This document shows positions 60,201 to 64,000 of a DNA stretch of 64,000 bases, piece by piece. The notes under the pieces were generated by a model that made no database searches, had not been told where the DNA came from, and worked only from the letters and a program-made list of their open reading frames with translations. Source of the stretch: Felis catus. Taxonomy: Eukaryota. A program made the translations under genes and the position numbers. How positions within the stretch are numbered: position 1 is the stretch's first letter; each line of letters starts with the position of its first letter. The stretch is taken from contig NC_058383.1 of NCBI RefSeq assembly GCF_018350175.1, positions 19,036,001 through 19,100,000 of the forward strand, read 5' to 3'.

Positions 60201-61700
60201 AAAGGTCTTCCTGGGTGCCTGGGTGGCTCAGTCAGTTGAAAGTCTCATTCTAGATTTTGGCTCAGGTCATGATCCCAGGGTCATGAGATTGAGCCCCATG
60301 TCAAGCTCTGTGCTGAGCATGGAGCCTGCTTGGGATTCTCTCTCTCTGTCCCTCTGTCTCCCAGCCTTGTGCTCTCTCTCTCTCCTTCTCTCTCTCTCTC
60401 TCTCAAAATAAAAAAAAAAAAAACAGGCATTTCTGGGGCATATGGGTGGTTCAGTACATTAAGCATCCAACTTCAGTTTAGGTCATGATCTCACAGTTCA
60501 TGGGTTTGAACCCCATGTTGAGCTCGGTGCTGACACTGTGGAGCCTGCTATAAATAACTTTAAAAAAAGGCATTCCTTATTTCTGTCACAGTGTTTTTGA
60601 TCTCTGGTGTCTTTTTTTGCTTCTTTGTTAGTTTTTCCACTTATATTGCCATCTATTCTTACATGCTTTCTACTTTATCCATTAAAGCCCTTAACATGTT
60701 AATCATAGTTGTTTTCAGTTCTTGGTCTTATAATCACAACAGCCTTGCCATTTCTGAGTCTGGTTCTGATGCTTGCTATGTCTCTTCAAATTATGGTGTT
60801 TTTTGTTTGTTTGTTTTGTTTTGTTTTTTGTTTTTTGTTTTTTTTTTTGCCTTGAAGTATGCCTTGTAATTGTTTTCCTAATAGTTGGACATGATGTATT
60901 GGGTCAAGGGAACTGCTGTAAACAGGCTTTTAGTGGTGGTGAGCTGGGGGTGGGGGGAAGACAAGTGTTCTATTGTCCTGTGATTAGGTGTCAGTCTTTT
61001 AGTCAGCCTGTGCTCTGGGTTGTGACTGCACATATACTTCTCAGTCCCCTTGTCTGTTAGGTGGAACGGGATAGCTAGAGCAGGCTGGGGTTGGGTATTT
61101 GTCTTCCTCCTGGTCAGTTAGGCTCCGATAATACCCCAGCATTAGGGATTGGGATTTGGTTAACTAGTTTTTCTGGAGGGCAAGCTTTGTTAGGAAGAAC
61201 AGCATGCTCTGGTTTATTTCAAAATAGTTCCTTTCCCACTCCCCCTGCTGGAAGCATGCGAGGATTTTTATCTGATATTCATTGTGAGGACCTGGTAGAG
61301 CTTCTGGAGGTAAAACCCACAAAAGTATGGGGGCCCTGATGACCGGATTCCCCTGGAGTTGTCCTCTCTCAGACTTGTCCACACTGAACCTCCAGCAACT
61401 CATCAGTTACAGTCCCGGAGTCACTACCCTGGGGGGTTCCCATAGCGGTTTCTGTTCCGGTAGGTTGTAGTTCTATCTGGCTGTCTCTCCAGTTTTGGAG
61501 GCAGTAGTTTGCCCGGTGACCTCATTTCTCTTAGGGAACAAAAAGAGTTGTTGGTTGCTCAGATTTTGACTTCTCGTTAGGACAGATCGGTGACTTCCAG
61601 GCTTCTTACATGCTGGGCCAGAATCTGGAAGTCCTGTTTTGTATCATTCTTTTGCATTCCAAAATAGTTTAGAAAGTTTGTTGTCCAGGTTCTGGTATCT
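57220..61700 (-). mobile_element. Cluster of ancient antisense L1 (L1M-type) fragments, interrupted by L2 and SINE inserts
   Basis: Abrupt T-rich, low-GC block with motifs such as GTTTGGTGTCTGACATTAATTTGGGAAATTCTCAGTCATTATT and CTGGGTATAGAAT; boundaries approximate. Confidence 0.65.
60213..60568 (+). mobile_element. Two tandem Can-SINEs (60213-60423; 60435-60568, lacking the CT segment)
   Basis: Two heads; AAAGG(C/T)..TTCCT-like flank seen three times. Confidence 0.88.
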
Positions 61701-62594
61701 CTGAATGTTCATGAGAGAGGCCTCCACACCCCAAATCTTTCACACTTTTCTACTCTAGTGATCAAGGTGAGACTGTGCTAGACCAGCTCTGAGGGTGCCT
61801 TGCTTTCCGTCCCCTGTGCCCCAGCCTGATTCTGCTTGAAGGGTGGGAAATGTGCCTCCACCAAGGCAAGAGAAGGCTTGATGACCTAATTTCAGTTCCA
61901 GCTCAGAGGAGCAGAGACACAAAAGAAAGAAAAATTTCCGCCTCTCAAGTTGAGTCTTGTTATGTCCCTGAGTCGTGTCGAAACGTCTTCTCTTTGGCAG
62001 AGGTTTAAGTGTCTTCAGCTTGGTGTTACTAACACTCTGCCCCTGCCAGTTCAGTTTTCTGCAGGGTTGGGTCTGCCCTTCACCGATTCTGAGGGGTATT
62101 TCACCCCTGCCTTCGTATCTATGGTACCTTATAGTCCTTCCGGTCCTCATATGGCTCCCATTTCACGCGGACTGCCCTCCTGGCAACTCTCCTCAGTGAA
62201 ATCTGTTGTCTTACCCTCCAGTTTCCTGAGCCTTGGCTAGAGAGTTTTCTTAGGGACACAAATGAGTGTTTTCATGAATTACCCGTGCTTCCTTTAATGA
62301 CTGCATTTCAAAGAGGTGCTTCTCTGTTCTATTTTGAGAGTATCATTCCTCTTTTCAGGTTGTAGAATTGTCCTCCAGTGCCCTATGTGTGATTATTTTC
62401 CACGTGTTTCCTCATTTTGGGGTATGGAACTGTCTCTCCAGGCCTAGTATTTCCTCATAAGTAGGGTGGGTTTTCTTTGATCTTTTTCGCTTACACCTGG
62501 CTGCTGTTAGGTTCCTCCTCACCTATCTTAAGGTCTTAATTGATTCTGATGGCTGGCATTTAGATCACTAAGCCAATATCTGTTTTTTTGGGGA

Positions 62595-62823
62595 TTTTTA
62601 TTTTTATTTATTATTTTTAAAGTTTATTTATTTTTGAGGGAGAGAGAGTGCACATGAGCAGGGGAGGGTCAGAGAGAGAGACGGAGAGAGAGAATCCCAA
62701 GCAAGCTCCATGCTGTCAGTGCAGAGACCAACGTGGGGCTCGAACTCACAGACTGCAAGATTGTGACCCAAGTGGAAATCAAGAGCTCTAGATGCTTAAC
62801 TGACTGAACCATTCAGGCGCCCC
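62595..62823 (-). mobile_element. Can-SINE
   Basis: T-rich tail, (GA)n, ends CAGGCGCCCC; TSD like TTTTTTGGGGATTT. Confidence 0.9.
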
Positions 62824-64000
62824 TGGGTTTTTTGGGGGGATTTAAAAAATATTTTGTGACTCTGCTAGCTAGAGGTCAGACTCCTTTGCTCACCTCCTGA
62901 TGTTTTGAATAAGGCAAAGAGGAATTACCTTTCTTAACAGAAACGGTTGATATAAAACTTCACTTCCCAAGGTGCCTCCTTCCTTCGTTTCTCTCCATCT
63001 TTGCCCAGTTTTCTTTGAAACTCAAGATGTAGTACACTGTTGCCCTTTCCACTCAGGCTCTCAGCCATGTGCCCTCACTGGGGATTACAGATGCTGGATG
63101 GATGGAAGCTGGAGGTGAAAGGTCCTGGTCTCCATGGAAAGTGGCTCATGTGCTACAGAGGGTAGGCCCTGCCTCTACCAGACCCAGCAATGTCACAGAT
63201 TTAGGGCAGTGGAATCCTTCAGTCTCCTTTCTTGGCTGCAAAGATACATTGATTCATGGACATTCCTTCTTGGTCCAGCAGAGATCATTGCCAATAGACC
63301 CCATTTCTAGCTCCTCTTGTAACATTTCCCTGCTTTGTGTGTCTCTTTGAGGTTTTGACTGAAAGACAGAAAAGAGGGGACAAATCACACATCCCTGGTC
63401 TGCCACCAGTCTTAACCTAGAAACCCCCCATTTTTTGATGGGTATAGGTCTTGATAGAGAGGAGGGGAAAGTGTGGTAGACATCTCCACTGGATTTAGAA
63501 TCAAGAAAGTATAAGTTGGTACCATGACCCATTTATTCACTCATTCTCTCGTTCATCACATGACAATGTACTAAGCTCTGGATTTATGTTAATGTTTTAT
63601 CAGGTCCTTTATCTTGATAGGTTCTAGAAATAAAAGATGGCTGCCTTTGGGTCCTTGTCCTGGGAGGAATTCCAGCACCAGCTCTGTGTGATCTTGACTA
63701 AATGACTCACCCTAGTAGTGCCTCATTTTACTCATGAGTAAAACAACCACAACAGCCCAAATGTCTGAAGGGACGTTGTAAGCTTGAGAGGCTGCAACAT
63801 ACAGGTGAGGTCTCTTCCACGTGCTTGGCCCTGGGGTCCACAAGCACGTTTGCTATGTCTGGATGAAGCACTTGGAATGTAGAGAGAGGGTCTGGGGTGA
63901 GGACACTGGTGGGAAAAGAGAGTTTTGTTTGTTCTTCACGGGTTCCAGGAGATGCTGGGCGGGCCAGTCTGGGCAGGGGCCCTGAGTGCCCAGAGGGCCA

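Noticed and set aside
43551..64000. Search for GSG1L exon 2 or a nested gene
   Set aside because: No exon continuing the GSG1L frame and no nested gene recognised; consistent with a long first intron.

Overview
Eukaryotic, GC-rich mammalian genomic DNA. The abundant carnivore Can-SINEs of the felid SINEC_Fc type point to a cat-family genome. The window holds the last nine coding exons, 3'UTR and poly(A) signal of XPO6 (exportin-6, + strand, 962-15264). A repeat-rich intergenic region of about 26 kb follows. Then come the CpG-island promoter, first coding exon (42365-42722) and the start of the large first intron of GSG1L (claudin-like AMPA-receptor auxiliary subunit, + strand). This matches the XPO6-GSG1L order I recall from human 16p. 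The rest is SINEs, ancient L1/L2 fragments, MaLR/ERV1 solo LTRs, hAT MITEs, a 16-bp minisatellite and microsatellites. Almost all ORFs in the supplied track are GC-driven noise. I found no convincing previously undescribed biological system. The best leads are modest: a stop-free in-frame 132-nt XPO6 intron, a pure (GCC)12 poly-Ala tract and a strong-Kozak candidate uORF in GSG1L, serial SINE insertions into one target site, a chimeric SINE, a G-rich VNTR and candidate CTCF and homeodomain sites. Repeat family names and human comparisons come from memory, not from a database search.
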